64,000 nt of DNA from the human T2T-CHM13v2.0 reference genome, Homo sapiens, in the NCBI RefSeq assembly GCF_009914755.1, contig NC_060935.1, one strand, 5' to 3'. The notes under the pieces are model-generated. The model did not search any database and had not been told where the DNA came from. It saw only the letters and a program-made list of their open reading frames with translations. Shown here one piece after another: positions 14,681-33,399 of this stretch (position 1 is the stretch's first letter; each line of letters starts with the position of its first letter). The position numbers and the translations under genes are program-made.

Positions 14681-17031
14681 TATCTTAATATTCTGTTGGT
14701 ATTATTATTGCCTCAAGCCTAGAGTTAGGCAATAATCACTTTTTGTACCACACAATAAAATCCTTGTCAGAAACATCAGGAAAAAGATTGCTATTAGAGA
14801 CCATGAGTCAAGATAGAATTTTTTAAAGGAATTCATTATCAAATTACTAAAAAGACTTGGGTAACCTGAAAAAGCAGGGTAGCTAATAAACTATGTCCGA
14901 TTTTTTTTTTGTTTTTTTTTTAACCCATCATTTACTGCTCTGGTAAAATTAAACGGTCAGAATTACATAATTATTTTTCATTAGAGATAAGAAAAAATCA
15001 AATGTGAGATAAGAACATGCAAAATAAGGCAATCTTCCACAATGCTTACTTTAGGAAAAGAAAAAAAGGAAGTTTTACTTTTTTAAGAGAAAAAAAACAC
15101 TAGAATAAGATGCAGCTTCTGAAGAGACAGCCATTTTCCTTCACAGTGTTTTCCTCTTCCGGCCTAGGTAGTTGATTTGAGTAGCTAAGATTCCAGTCAG
15201 TTCTCACACACTTTTGGTGTAGCCCATTCATTATGGATGTGCAAAACAATATCCCACCTTCCTTATCTCACAGACAGACTTGCACACCTTACTAAGAAAC
15301 CTTCCCATGGCCATGAGGTATAACTTTCTGCCTTAGATCATGTAGCAAATAAGCAGTTGTAGGACATGGAAATTAAGGTTCATAAAAGAAGTAATTGTCA
15401 CTGAACCCATTTGCCTGTTCTTAGGCCTGACTAGACAAATATTTCTATCGTTTTAGAAGCCTCATCTTTCAGTCTAAGTGGTTGAACAGTTTCCACAACA
15501 AATGAGAGAACTAGAAACTCAGGAATTTTGGATGCCATGTTAATTTCATCTGACTTATCTTAGTCATAGTATCCGGCTATATTTCTTTAACCAAAAGGTT
15601 CTGCAGTCAGGAGACAGCCCTAGCAAAACCTGAGATCACTGACCAAAGGAACACCAAAGCCCATGCCCTAAACAAGCATATGTAAATTCTCAAGACCAGA
15701 AAATAATTGCTTTAAGCCTGTATGACTAGCATGACATGTGCCTAAGTGGCCAGACAAAATCTGACTAAAAGATGTTTGGTTTTTTGTTTGTTTGTTTGAA
15801 GTGGAACTCCAGAAATAACCATACAGAAACGACATCAACAGTGCCCCTTCTAATTTTAGCCTTTCCCTTTGTTAAGTCAAAAGAAAGTGATCAGCTACTT
15901 GGATCACCACCATTCAAAGTTAGTCTAAATGTGTCTTGATGGAGGGAATAAAGTGAAGAATTCAGGAAAAAGATCCTTTGGGTGATAAGAAATGTAAACT
16001 ATATTTTAATGAAGGCCATCTTGGTTTGAAATGCTGGTAATTATATTTGTCACATTAAAAACTTTACTCATCCTGAAAACTTACTAAAGCGAATGACTAA
16101 ATAATATGAAAGAAGAGAGAAAGGAGGTAAAAAAGAGACAAAGCAACTAAGATAAGATTTGGACAGCTCAGAATTATTTCCCTTCACTCAGATTTCCAGT
16201 AGAATAAGTTCGGTTCCTTAGAATCCTGTTTTCACAAAGAGCCCTTCAAAGATACTTTATATTTCTTTCTCCATCTTCTTTGCTTCCTAATCCTCACCAC
16301 AATACCTTGCATAAATTAAAGGCTTATGTTTAATCCAAATGACCCCACAGTTTATATAATTTTGTGCTTTACATAAGACTTACATCTAAAAATAATAAAA
16401 TGTAAATTGATAGAGTTTCATAAAATAACAATTTATTATTAAAACATTAAAAATACATAAAATGTATTAAACTATATTAAACATGAACATCTATTTTTTT
16501 AAGCTGGTTCAAAATGCCTATCCTAATCAATACTATTATTAAAAGAAAGGTAAAGCTGGTATTAAATAAATTTTCAATAGCTCTGCTTAAATAGAGAATC
16601 ACTTAAACTCTAATTTATAACATTACTTATTTCAAATAATTTCCTAGAAGTATATTCTTTAAAATTCCTTTATAGCAGTACACTAACAAAGAAAAAGTTT
16701 CCTGTGTCTTTGCTGTTATCAAATGTAAAAAAGCCCCTTAAATACCAACAGTTTACAACAATGTATACATACACATATATTTTAAATGCAAGTTACTTAA
16801 ATGTAGGTTTACATCCACAGAGACATTTTTAATACCTGCTACATACTCTATAGCACTTCTATATAATATATATTGATTAATTTCAAGTACTTTAATAGGT
16901 TTTTAAAGTTCATTCAATTTTTTTCTTGAAATTTGCCTTCTTTATTTATAAAAAGTACCTTTGTTCTCCAAAATATTATTTAAAATATAATGGTGTTTTG
17001 CAGATGGGGAAGAGTATAGTATGCCTTAGTA

Positions 17032-19672
<2,641 letters not shown>

Positions 19673-20134
19673 TACATTATCTCCTCATGTGCTGACAGCT
19701 CTTTGAATTCTACATTGTCTCACATCTTCTCTATGGGCATAGGCACATAGCACTTTTCAAGTACAGACAACCAGAAGACTATCAGAAGTTATCAGTGTAA
19801 ATTATTCACGTGTATATAGACTAGACTCTTTAAGATAACTCATTCCTACAATTGAGCCCTATTCTCAAAGAGTAAGATAGTTATTCTTTAAACTTATTAT
19901 AATGGGCCCTGCATTGTGTTATTTCACTGGAAATTACAACAAATTGAGGCTTCTTTACCAGCTGGTACTTTTCTCTATGCTCCTCCTAAGAAAACACTTA
20001 TCAAAAAATAATAATTACAAAACAATTGCAAAAAAACTAATAAAAATTCACACGCACTAGGAGTTAAGAACTTGTTTACAAACTGTAACTGTTTCATTAC
20101 ACAATGAGAAAAGTAAAGATAAACCAATACTTAC

Positions 20135-20208
20135 AAATATGCACAAAAAATATCAGCCCCAGCACCCAGAAATCACTGGTAAATTGCCTTTGAATTCATG
20201 AAAGTGAC
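20135..20208 (-). other. Candidate non-coding (5'UTR-type) exon, 74 nt
   Basis: Minus strand: tract ttttttatttcattttctattaaattttcag|G and donor TTT|gtaagt; stops in all three frames; unique sequence. Confidence 0.6.
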
Positions 20209-21388
20209 CTGAAAATTTAATAGAAAATGAAATAAAAAAGGATAAGTAAATTGCATTTATATGCTTTATTAAAGAAGTATACTTTCTGGCTACAAATCAT
20301 ACAATTTTTAACTCATGCAGTTGTCCCCATCTACTTTAACAACTTTTTCCAAAATGATAATGCCAAAAGAAACAATTATTTCATGGTTCTACATCTAAGA
20401 ATGCCACATTTCCATCCAATATTGCTCTTTTAAAAAAATCGGTAATAAAGTAGGTGATAAAAATACAAATAAGTAAGAACAAAAGGGAAAAAATTTTTAA
20501 GAGAAAGAAAGAAACAGGCTTATAATTTATATTTGAAAAACATTTAATTTATGTCTGCAAGTTGAAATGAATTAGCTTCACAGAGAATATCTTAAATGTG
20601 CCTGACAGGAATACCTTGTAGGTAGAATTAATAAGAAAGAATGCAGTGTTTGTTCTACCTAAGGCGTGGAACCCATAAGATGCTTAGGCTATATACAATG
20701 CATTCTGTATAAGCCATAATTCAATCCAAAATTGTTTTGCTCACATATACTTTAGTTCTGGCTGAAGAGGTAACAGATGCAACTCAAACACACAGAGCTA
20801 GCCTTATACAAATTTTTAACATACAAAGAGTCATTTTATGCCTCTACATGCCTATGATTTTCTCTATCCAGGACCCCCATGCATTAAGGTGGTTTGGTAG
20901 TTTATTTTTATTGTTTGGTCTAAATACAGCATATTTTTAGTTCCATTAAAACAAAGAAACTTTGTTACAGAGGCTGTATTCTTTCAAAAATGTGAGCATG
21001 GCTGTGAGTAGTAGTCAACTAAAAATAATAATAGAGCTTGGGTTCCTAAATTAGGTCAGAAACTTTCCTAGGCTCTGGGGACTGGCTTGATTCAATCTGC
21101 AGTTTTTAAATATAGCCAGCAAATATCTAGGTTAGTTACAGCTAACTAGATTTAAATAAAATCCTTCTGAAAAACAATGGATCTTGATCAACATCATTTG
21201 TAGGAACCACTGCACCCAACTTGCAATTATAGCACAAATGACCTTAATAGATTAGGTATAGGCATCTGAAATTAAGATGAATATGAAATAAATATCTAAC
21301 TCAGCCCTCTTCAACCCCTAAAATATGCTTTTACCTAAATGATCCAGGTAATTTATTCTATTTTCTAGTCAAGATTTATAGATAATAG

Positions 21389-21510
21389 AGCCAGGTGCAG
21401 TGGCTCAGGCCTGTAATCCCAACAGTTTGGGAGGCTGAGGCGAGTGGATTGCTTGAGTCCAGGAGTTCAAGACCAGCCTAGGCAACATCTCTAAAAAATC
21501 TCTAAAAAAA
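21389..21510 (+). mobile_element. Alu left monomer / FLAM-type fragment
   Basis: agccaggtgcagtggctcaggcctgtaatccc...gaccagcctaggcaaca followed by an A-rich end. Confidence 0.8.
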
Positions 21511-22985
21511 GTTTTTTTTTAAATCTTTTTAAAGATTGATAGATGATAAAGGTGTGGGCATTTGGACAGCTTTAAGCATCAACAGCTAACATACCCATTA
21601 GACTTCTTCACTAGACCTTCTTGTCCTTGTAGGAAATGGTGCCTCAGGGCTTCTCCAGTTTCACCAGTTTCCAGCAACTCTAACGCCTACTTCCACAGTG
21701 CAAGAAGTACAGGACAGTCTGGCTAGCTCTGTCATTAATTGTTGGTATTATACCCTTTTCTTCCTCATTGCCTCTGCTGTTTAGGGATCTGGGAGAGTAA
21801 TTTTATCTGGGACACCAGACAAGCCTACCTGGACACACTGTGTGTATTATCCAAAACCATCAAAGAGTACTGGTTCTGATTCAAACCATCCTCACGTGCT
21901 ATCCCCCGCTGAGTTATAAATTATAATTTCCTTATAAAGAAGTTACCCACAAAATAAATTTTATAGCAAAATGCTGTATATCCAAAAGTCTAAATTCTAG
22001 AAGAATCCGAAAGAGTTTTTAGTACTTATACATTTTAAAATACCACACCTTGTTTTTCTGGCAACTACTTTTTTAAAAGCATTAATTGGAATTATGCAAG
22101 ATACATGATACATCCTATTCCTTCACTTCCACATAAAGAATGGGGAGCTAAAAGAAAATGTGACCAGAAAATATTGTGGTTAGCATAGATTTAATTTTTT
22201 AATCAATGAACTATCTTGAATTAAGATCTCTAACTCTAGAAATATTTTTAATTTTGGAACAAGTCAGATTCCAGACATTTAGAACAAATAATATTTTCAC
22301 ATACACCAATACAAAGTCAATAAATCTTATTCATCATATCAGTCCAGTCGTGCTACATATGTTAAAAGCAACTGTGAATCTCATTATCAATGGATTTGCA
22401 CTATTGGTGAAATTTACAGCAAAGAATTAAAAAATAATAAGTTCCTATGGTCAAAGAGTTCATCATTATATAATTTTAAAAATGACTTTAATGCATAGTT
22501 CTGCATGCAGTTAACTGAAGGCTAAACAAGCAACATTTTATGAGGGGCAAAGAGTTAAGAATTAATATATACACAACTTGAAATAGGTACCTTTTTAAGA
22601 ACTAGAAAAGTTTAGTCTTAAAAAGACATTTCCAAAAACAAAAGCAGTCACTATGGTCCTGATGGCAGCACAAATGTGAAAAGATAGAGAAGGAAATGCC
22701 AGAGCAAATCATTACGTGTTCTGGAAAATCTCAATCTGTTTGGTAAAATGAATCCTCAGAACGCCTAATCACCCATGGATTGTTCCAGTTCTCTATTTGC
22801 TCATTTATACATTCAGCGAAGAGTGACCATGGGTTAAAGATCACACTGGACAGTAAGAACACAAAAATTTAAATTAAAAAAAATAATGGCCTTTCCCATC
22901 AAGGATTTCAAACAATCAATAATCCAACCTGGGTCACAGTCTATTACACATCTGACCATGGTGGTAATTTGTTCCATAATATTTA

Positions 22986-23366
<381 letters not shown>

Positions 23367-23369
23367 AAC

Positions 23370-24090
23370 AAGGGATACAAAGAAGAAATGTACAAATGAA
23401 GAAATGCAAATGTCCAATAATATAAAAATGTATACATTAAAAATTAGGAACCTCCCAAATAGCCAAAGAAATGTAAATAAAATGTTTTCACTCATAATAT
23501 TGGCAAAACGTTTTATAAACTGGACAAAAACTGGTATTGGTGAGAGTGTGGAAAAATAAGCACTTTCATATACTATTGATGGGATTATAAATGTATGACT
23601 TTTCTGAATGGCACTTTTACAATAAGTTTTAAAACTTTTACTGTCTATATCCTTTGAGATTTCAACGCTACTTTCAAAAATTATCTTAAAGAGCTCATTA
23701 TAAATATGATAAAAGATACATTTAATATGTATGTTCACTACAGTTTTTTATAATAGCCAAAATTAGGAATAACCTATTGATTGAATAAGTAAATTGTGCT
23801 ACATACATATAACACTACTCTGTAATTATTAAAAATCATTATATAAATCTATATTTATTGACAAAAAAGATGGCCACAATATATTGTTGAATAAAAAATA
23901 TGTGTATAATAAAAGCCCATCAATTTATAGAATATCAAATACTTATGTGAAAATCAAATATATATGCATGTATAAGTTTCACAAAATATAATTTAACAAA
24001 AATGTTAACATTGGGCAGGGTGCCATAGGTTCTTTTTACTTTATTACCCTTATGGTTTGATATTATTTAGATTTTTTTATACTTAGCATG
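23370..24090 (+). mobile_element. Old L1ME-like 3' fragment
   Basis: Diverged L1 ORF2-end/3'UTR motifs (gtattggtgagagtgtggaaaaataagcactttcatatactattgatggga). Confidence 0.6.
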
Positions 24091-25424
24091 TCTAATGTAT
24101 GCCAAAATGAGGAAGATATTTCTAAAATTCAGTATATCACTTAGACATTCAAAAGAAATGACCCAGATCTAGGATAACTTGCTATTAGTCTGGGAGCAAA
24201 AGCCAAATATTAATATTAGTTTAAAAAACCCTCAAAATTACAGGGCAACTTCAAATGAGTATCTTAACATCAAATGAAGAAACCATAAACATTTTCACAA
24301 AAGCATGTCCCACTCTACCAAAAATAGGTAATAGATCAAAGGTAAATAGCAAATAAAAACATTGCCACCTCCCTGTATAATTAGACTTTAAAAGCTTTCA
24401 AGCTACATTTTTAAATCCTGCTTAAAAGTCTGTCTTTAAGCCACACCCATTTCTGTTTTTAGTAACCCCCCCCCCCACCTTCTTTTTATTATGTGAGTTA
24501 GCAAGAAAGTTCAAGTATCAAATGGGTGGTTGGATTAAATGACCTTACAGCCCTGAGACTCAATGATTCTAAGGTATTATTTAAAGAACTAAAGTGCTTC
24601 CAAAACACCTGTAACAAATTTTGTCCACTTTTACATTAAATCATAGCACTGCATGATTAAAACTGAAGTCAAGAATTAAATAACTTTTTAAAATTTATTG
24701 ATGCATTGATTTTACTAATATTATACATAGTGAGCCACTGAATTAAAACAACTGTCTTCAACGCATTTATCTTCTCAACTAACTTTTAGGAAAATATCGA
24801 TGCCTGGTCTTTTATATATCAGAATAAAAATTACACATTAAAAATATCCTGTATGCAAATTCAAGTGGGTTTTGCAGGAGATGTGATTGTTGCATTAAAA
24901 CTATTGCTATTTCCTCCAAAGCTCCATCAATTTAAAAATTTCAATTCTTCACTGTTATTATCACTTTTTTTGCTTGCAGCTTTACTAGATTAAACCCATG
25001 TTTATTGAACTCCATAATGCTTAGTTTTCTTTTTTCTTAATAATCATATTAAATTATGCAGAATTTGAATTAACTATAAATAATAAAATGTGAAATTTGA
25101 CTTTCAGTAGGACTGACATTAAGCTAATGTCCAGTATTTTTTTTAAATGCAGTTGTTAATAATTTAAAACATCACAGTACTGAATAGAAAATTATGTCTT
25201 CTAATGCAAAAGGTTAGAGTATTTGTGAGGTATCAAGGAAGACAACTTAAGATGCTACCTAGTCCACCACTCTGCTGTTCTGGAAGAACTTCCTTCCTCA
25301 AAGAAATAGGAATTTCTCCTATTCTTAAAGATCTCCAAAGGTAGTTATTATTGAAGCTACCTCATAATAGCCTATTCATGTATTCCATGCTGCTCAACCT
25401 ATATCTCTTCAATATTATTTTGGT

Positions 25425-25505
25425 ATTGAGGGCCACACTTAGAAGGGACATTGACAAAGCATTCAGAGGAGAATGGCTAGGAAACTTTATGGAAACCATG
25501 TTACA
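25425..25505 (+). mobile_element. L3/CR1 fragment
   Basis: cacacttagaagggacattgacaaa..cattcagaggaga resembles the CR1/L3 3' region. Confidence 0.4.
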
Positions 25506-25563
25506 ATAGCATGGTTGCATGTTCAATGATGGTGGTTGGAATGAACTTGGAGATCATTGAGTC

Positions 25564-26959
25564 CAGTGGTTCTCAGACTCTTTGGTCTCAGGACTCCCTT
25601 ACAGTCCTAAAAATTATTGAGGGTCACAAAGAGCTATTGTTACATTTATCAATACTTACTATATTAGAAACTAAAACTTTAAAGTTTTTAAAGAGTTATT
25701 TTAAATAACAATAATAAACCTATTACATAGTATTATAAAGTATTTTATGAAATACAAGCATATTTTCCAAAATAAAAAAAAGAGAGAGAAAACTAACATT
25801 GCTTTACATCTTTGCAAATCTCTCAAATGTCTGGTTTAGAAAAAGACAGCTAGATTATCATAGGTGCTACTGCATTCAATCTGTTGTGATATGTTGGTTT
25901 GGTGGAAGTATGTGAAAAGTATCCATTTTCACACAGATAGGTAGTTAGAAAGAGGCAGAATGTTTTAATAGCCTTTTCAAATAATTGTGGCTATTCTTTT
26001 ATATTATATCAAAATTTGACAAGTAATCATTTCTCAAAAGTTAATTGCAATATGGAATCTAAAAATTGAATATCAATAAACTTTTTGTATTCCATTACCG
26101 TAAAATCAAATCGCCTTTAAATGGATCTTTTAGCCATGCATGACTTTGTAACATCATACATTAGTTCATTTAAGAAACATTGGCTCACTGAGTTTAAAAC
26201 ATTGACATATTTTATTATGCAATATTGTTAAAACCACGTTTCTTAATATCCACCACCCTATCTTATCAGAAACATTTTTAAGTACTGGGAAGCGATCATG
26301 ATTGTGGTGGTGGGTAAAAGCTTTGCAAACTACTAATTTGCTCTTGGAAGCTCAAATTTTATTGACAAAAAAGTGTCACTTGTTTTCTACAAAATAGGCA
26401 GGCTCACTTTGTTCATTTTTGAGAATATGTCTGCCAAGTTTTTAAGTCTAAATAACCATTGTGTGTTTGTTAGTTGTTCTTTCAAGTAAAAAATGGTGTT
26501 CTTTGAAAAAAGTAGTTAGTTCAACTCAATTATAAGTGATTTTCCTCAAGATAACCATCATACTTGAGTATGTAGTGTAAGTGCCTTATACATACTTCAC
26601 ATTTCAGCACACAGAGTATTAAAGAAGGGTCAAGAGTTAATAAAATTAAAATTTTTACTGTTTCATCTACAATGCTTTTAAGTGAAACTGCCTTTTTGTT
26701 TGTTTGTTTGTTTGTTTCGTGAGTGGTAATAATAAAGAATTCAATGACTACTAATATCATTTGGTGCCACTGTCTTAATGTGTGCTAAGGCACCAGCAGT
26801 TTTAACCCAAAATTGCTATGCATCCTCAATGCAAATGTCAATACAGTGAAAAAAGCAACTAGCAATTTCCCATTACGATGAAAATAGTTTTGACAACACA
26901 CCCTGTGAAAGGGTCTCAGGGATCTCCAGTGTCCACAGACCACATTTTGATAACCACTG
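25564..26959 (-). mobile_element. Charlie1a-like hAT DNA transposon inserted into a MIR
   Basis: TIRs cagtggttctca...tgataaccactg; 1.4 kb; transposase-like remnant SLKSIVDETVKIL on minus; degenerate 8-bp TSD attgagtc/atctactc; MIR-like sequence on both sides. Confidence 0.8.
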
Positions 26960-27171
26960 ATCTACTCTGATACTCCATTTTGCAGCCAAGGAAATTACCT
27001 TAGTTTTTTCAAGCATACAAATAAGAGGCAATTATACCTAGCACAGCAAGTATAATATAGTAAATGCTGATTAAAATTAGTTTCTCTTTCCTCCTTCCCA
27101 AAGAAAGAACAATACTTGTGGGTGGAAATTACAAAGTGGTAGGTTTTAGTTCAGTCCAAGATAAATCTTTT

Positions 27172-28531
<1,360 letters not shown>

Positions 28532-28659
28532 TAGTTCAGTCCAAGATAAATCTTTTAAAGCAATGAAATAAGTTGCATCATCAAATAGAAGTTGTCAAAG
28601 TTGAGACTGCATGACTCTTTACCAAGAATGTTGTGGAAAGAATTCTTATAGAGTTGAAC

Positions 28660-28790
28660 GTTGTACCAAAACTTAGCTGATTATACAATCACCTAAAAAG
28701 CTTTTATAAAGTTCAAATTTCTGGGCCCCACTCTAGACCTCCTAAACCAAAATCTCCTTGAGTGGACCAGGAGTTTACATTTTTTTAAAA
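28660..28790. mobile_element. MER5-like hAT MITE fragment
   Basis: aatcacctaaaaagctttt...atttctgggccccactctagacc resembles MER5A/B. Confidence 0.55.
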
Positions 28791-29099
28791 TGTATACTAT
28801 TCACACCCACTAGGAAGAATACCTTTACACTTTCATGTAACATACCCTAAGCCTACTTTAATAAATTATATGGTCAGGATCAAGACATTTCTGGGTCAAG
28901 AGAGGAGGAATTATTGTGGCATTTCCTTAGGCCCACCAGTTCACCTCTGCCAACATGTGTAACTGAATTGTAAATCAGAGATAGGATTGCATAAATTTGA
29001 CACATTTTTACAACTGCCAACACTTTACTGCTCTCCTGAAAGAATAATTCAATAAGAGCTATCTATGAACAAAGGTGGTCAGCATAAAAATAGTGTCTA

Positions 29100-29851
<752 letters not shown>

Positions 29852-29930
29852 TTATAAAGGTATTTTACAAAGGCAGCTTATCATTATGAACCAAGATCAA
29901 AATATAGACCACAAACTTCCAAAAACTATT

Positions 29931-29984
29931 TACAGAATTACCATGTGACTTAATCCATGGTACAGAATTACCATGTGACTTAAT
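29931..29984 (+). repeat. Perfect 24-bp direct repeat with a 6-bp spacer
   Basis: tacagaattaccatgtgacttaat-ccatgg-tacagaattaccatgtgacttaat. Confidence 0.9.
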
Positions 29985-30394
29985 ACAAAATTTGTATTTT
30001 GACGTCTTCACTACAGAAAAATTCCACATACTTCATAAACAGAAGGCAGCAAGACAACCTGACCAAAATCAAATAAAAATTTGGCAGTGGGTAAAAAAGA
30101 ATATATTTTGTAACTTTTCACTTCATAATCTTGTTCTCCTTTATTCCTTCATGCCCCTTGCTTTTCTTATCAAAATACACTTCTTTGAAATAACACCTAT
30201 TATTGTCTTTTTTAAGATCTTTTTTTTCTTATAGCCTGTCTGATTTCAGAGATAACAACTTAATAATAGTTTTTAAAAAGGCAAAGAGGGTCCTGTATGA
30301 GTAGGACTGGAGAAAAAAAGTCATTATCAAAACATAATCCACAGACTACCTATATTAGAAATGCCTAGAGTGCTTATTAAAATAAAAAAATTGT

Positions 30395-30667
30395 GGCTGG
30401 GTGCGGTGGCTCACGCCTGTAATCCCAACACCTTGGGAGGCCAAGGTGGGCGAATCACTTGAGGTCAGAAGTTTGAGACCAGCCTGGCCAACATGGTGAA
30501 ACCCCATCTCTACTAAAAATACAAAGATTGGCCGACCATGATAGTCCCGGCTACTCAGGAGGCTGAGGCAGAAGAATCACTTGAACCTGGGAGGCAGAGG
30601 CAGCAGTGAACCAAGATTGCGCCACTGCACTCTGGCCTGGGTGACAGAGCGAGACTCCATCTCAAAA
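30395..30667 (+). mobile_element. AluS (Sx-like) with a small internal deletion, within a MER5-like element
   Basis: Alu body lacks ~13 nt at the start of the right arm (~30535); MER5-like sequence at ~30345-30390 and ~30745-30865. Confidence 0.85.
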
Positions 30668-30670
30668 TTA

Positions 30671-30735
30671 AATGTGCACATGTACCCTAAAACTTAAAGT
30701 ATAATAATAATAAAATAAAAATTTAAAAAAAGAAA
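30671..30735 (+). mobile_element. Extremely 5'-truncated young L1PA 3' tip
   Basis: aatgtgcacatgtaccctaaaacttaaagtataataa is identical to the terminus of the L1PA2-like element at ~58350. Confidence 0.8.
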
Positions 30736-31979
30736 ATAATTTTAAAGATTATTAGAGCTCCACACAAACCAATCAATTCTATGATACTGAGAATTGGCCC
30801 ATGAATCTAATTTTAAGCATTGTCCTCAGGTAATTCCTAGCACACTAAAATTCAAAAACTCCCGGGCTAAAGAGTAACTGTGCTAAATGTGGGCATGCTC
30901 ACAAAAACTTGTATGGAAAAATGAAAATTTTGTAACTCTGTAAAATGTCTTATTTTACAGAAAAGATTCTCAATGATTTTGGAGTTTCTGTTTTTTAACA
31001 ATAAAATAATGATTTTTTAAAATATAAGGAGGTATTAGAAACTAGACATGGAATTTAGCTAAAAAATTAAGTCTTAGTTATTGCAGGGTGCTTTTTTTAA
31101 AAATCTGAGATAAAGATACAAGCAAGTCTTCAGCAATTCAATTAATATTTCTGAGAGCCCACAGGATGAATGGCATGAATAGGAATTTCTAGGGATATAG
31201 GACAACAAAGCATAATCCCAGACCTCCAGGAATGACCATTTGGATTCATTGTAAGATAGATGCCATAGTTAGAAGAGTCTTGCATTTGCAGTGCACTATC
31301 ATATCCAGAAAGAGGAGAGGATTCCTATCCTTGCTGAGTTTTCTCTTCCTGAGTTCTGCTCACAAAATGGAGTAACAGTAGAGTGGCAGAGATTTAAAAA
31401 GCAATCATTTAACAAAATCTTGCAAATAAATTCTAATTTTTAAGTCCATACCTCTTTTTAATCAGCGTATTTTGTATAGAGCAGACGTATAGAAAAAACT
31501 AAGGCAGGGCCATTATTTGTACTTGTTCTAGATAATTAAATCAAGATAAATTTAAAGGCAGCTAAAGATGGTCAATTTTAATCCTCATTTTTTAAAAGTC
31601 TTCTTGTTACCACTCTCAGTACCACGCCCTCTTAACCACAAATAATGACTTCAGTAATGGAGCTCTGTAATTTAAAAGTATCAGGCAAATAACAGCAAGT
31701 AACTTAGATGAGTTGACACCGCCTGTTGTGCAAATATGTACTTAGACTACTATAAAAATAACAACTGCATTATCAACTGGATACAGACCAGAACAACTTA
31801 TGGGAATACAGAGAGTCAACATAGTCTCAACTTGCATGTATGTGGCACTTTACATTTTTCAAGCATTTCTAAATTCACGGTAGAAATTAAAAGGAAGAGA
31901 GATGCTGAAACAAAAGAAAAATAAAGATTTGATAACTATGGGCTAATTATCTAAGAGTCCCAATTCCTAGAGTAAATCA

Positions 31980-32150
31980 TCCTTACTCATCACTTACTGG
32001 ATGTTTACTCTGTGCCAGGCACTGTGTTAAGCCCTGAGAAAACAAAAATGAATGCAGTAGAGTTGGTGACTTCAAGGAGTTCACAGCCTAGTAAAGAAGA
32101 CAAATAATTACAGCTTTGCATGAAATGTGTAAAGAGAAGAAAGCAGATTG
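31980..32150 (-). mobile_element. L2 3' fragment
   Basis: cacttactggatgtttactctgtgccaggcactgtgttaagccctgag. Confidence 0.6.
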
Positions 32151-33399
32151 TAAAACTATATAATCTCACTTTCTAAAATAAAAAAAAATACTTTTAAAGA
32201 TGAGGATGTTAACATTTACCTCCCAAAGTTTTTGTGGGGATTTGATATATGAAAATGCTTCCTAGATGGGGTATGCCTTCCATAAATGTATTTCCCTTTT
32301 TGCTTTTTCCCTAAGACTCAGATGAAATGAGCTCAAGTCACATCTTAGGTGATGTGGTGGCTAGTATAGTCATCCACTTTTTAAAGAGGAATGCCTTAAG
32401 GGTACAAGACCCTACAGTTGTGACTTTAGTAATGCTACCACATTATCACACCTAACAAATAAACACTGTAGACCCACTAGGAGCTTAGTTGCACACTACA
32501 GGTTAGTCCTTCTCAACCTTACCTTAGGTCTTTTGCTCACTCTCAAAAACAAAGAAACAAAGAGGATCACGTGGAGAGATCCTGCTTATCATTTTACTGT
32601 ATCTTCTTCATAACAATTTGAAGATTCCACTTTAAAGTCCAGACAAGATCTGGCCTAGCCTCAGAGGTTGCCTCACATTCTAAGTAAAAATATCAGGGAT
32701 AGCACAGTGAAATGTGCCCAAGTTTACAGGCAAGGAAACAGACATACAACTCACTTAGGACCACATGACAAGTTGCTGACAGAGCTTTCATTTTAAGTCA
32801 GAGTTTTCCATCACTAGGTACATGATGTAAAGCCAAAAAGGGGGGATAAAAATTATATTCACACACTTTTTAAAAAATAATAAAAGACTATGTTCTTAGG
32901 AAAAGGACTGAGAGGAATAAGCTGTTAACAAAGGCTGCCATTGGGCATGGGACAATAGGTAAACACTTTCCATTTTTCACATTTTTCTAAATTTCCTTAA
33001 TGCTGAACATTTGAAATTGGAAAAAATAAATTAAGCAAAAAAAAGTATGCAGTTCTACTATTTTATACAGAGTTCACACTTGCAAAGGTCACAATCTTCA
33101 GCAACATTCAGAGTATTTTCTAAATTGTCATTAACATGCAAGTAAATCTTCTAATTAATAATGTGAGTTCTATATCCTACATCCAAAAATAAGGGAAAGT
33201 TTAAAATACAGCCCACTCACTAGGCATAATATTATGTCATTATGTGGTTATTAAAACTTTTATTTGGAATCCTAGACAACAGCATGAGGAAACATTTATG
33301 GTATGTATCTACTGTATTATATAATAGACATAGTCAATAGAGTTATCTAACTATCTTTAAATCAGCAATATTCCTCTGAAAGTATGGTCTGAGATAGAT

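Noticed and set aside
29931-29984. CRISPR-like repeat-spacer-repeat
   Set aside because: Only two copies, a 6-bp spacer, eukaryotic context and no cas genes
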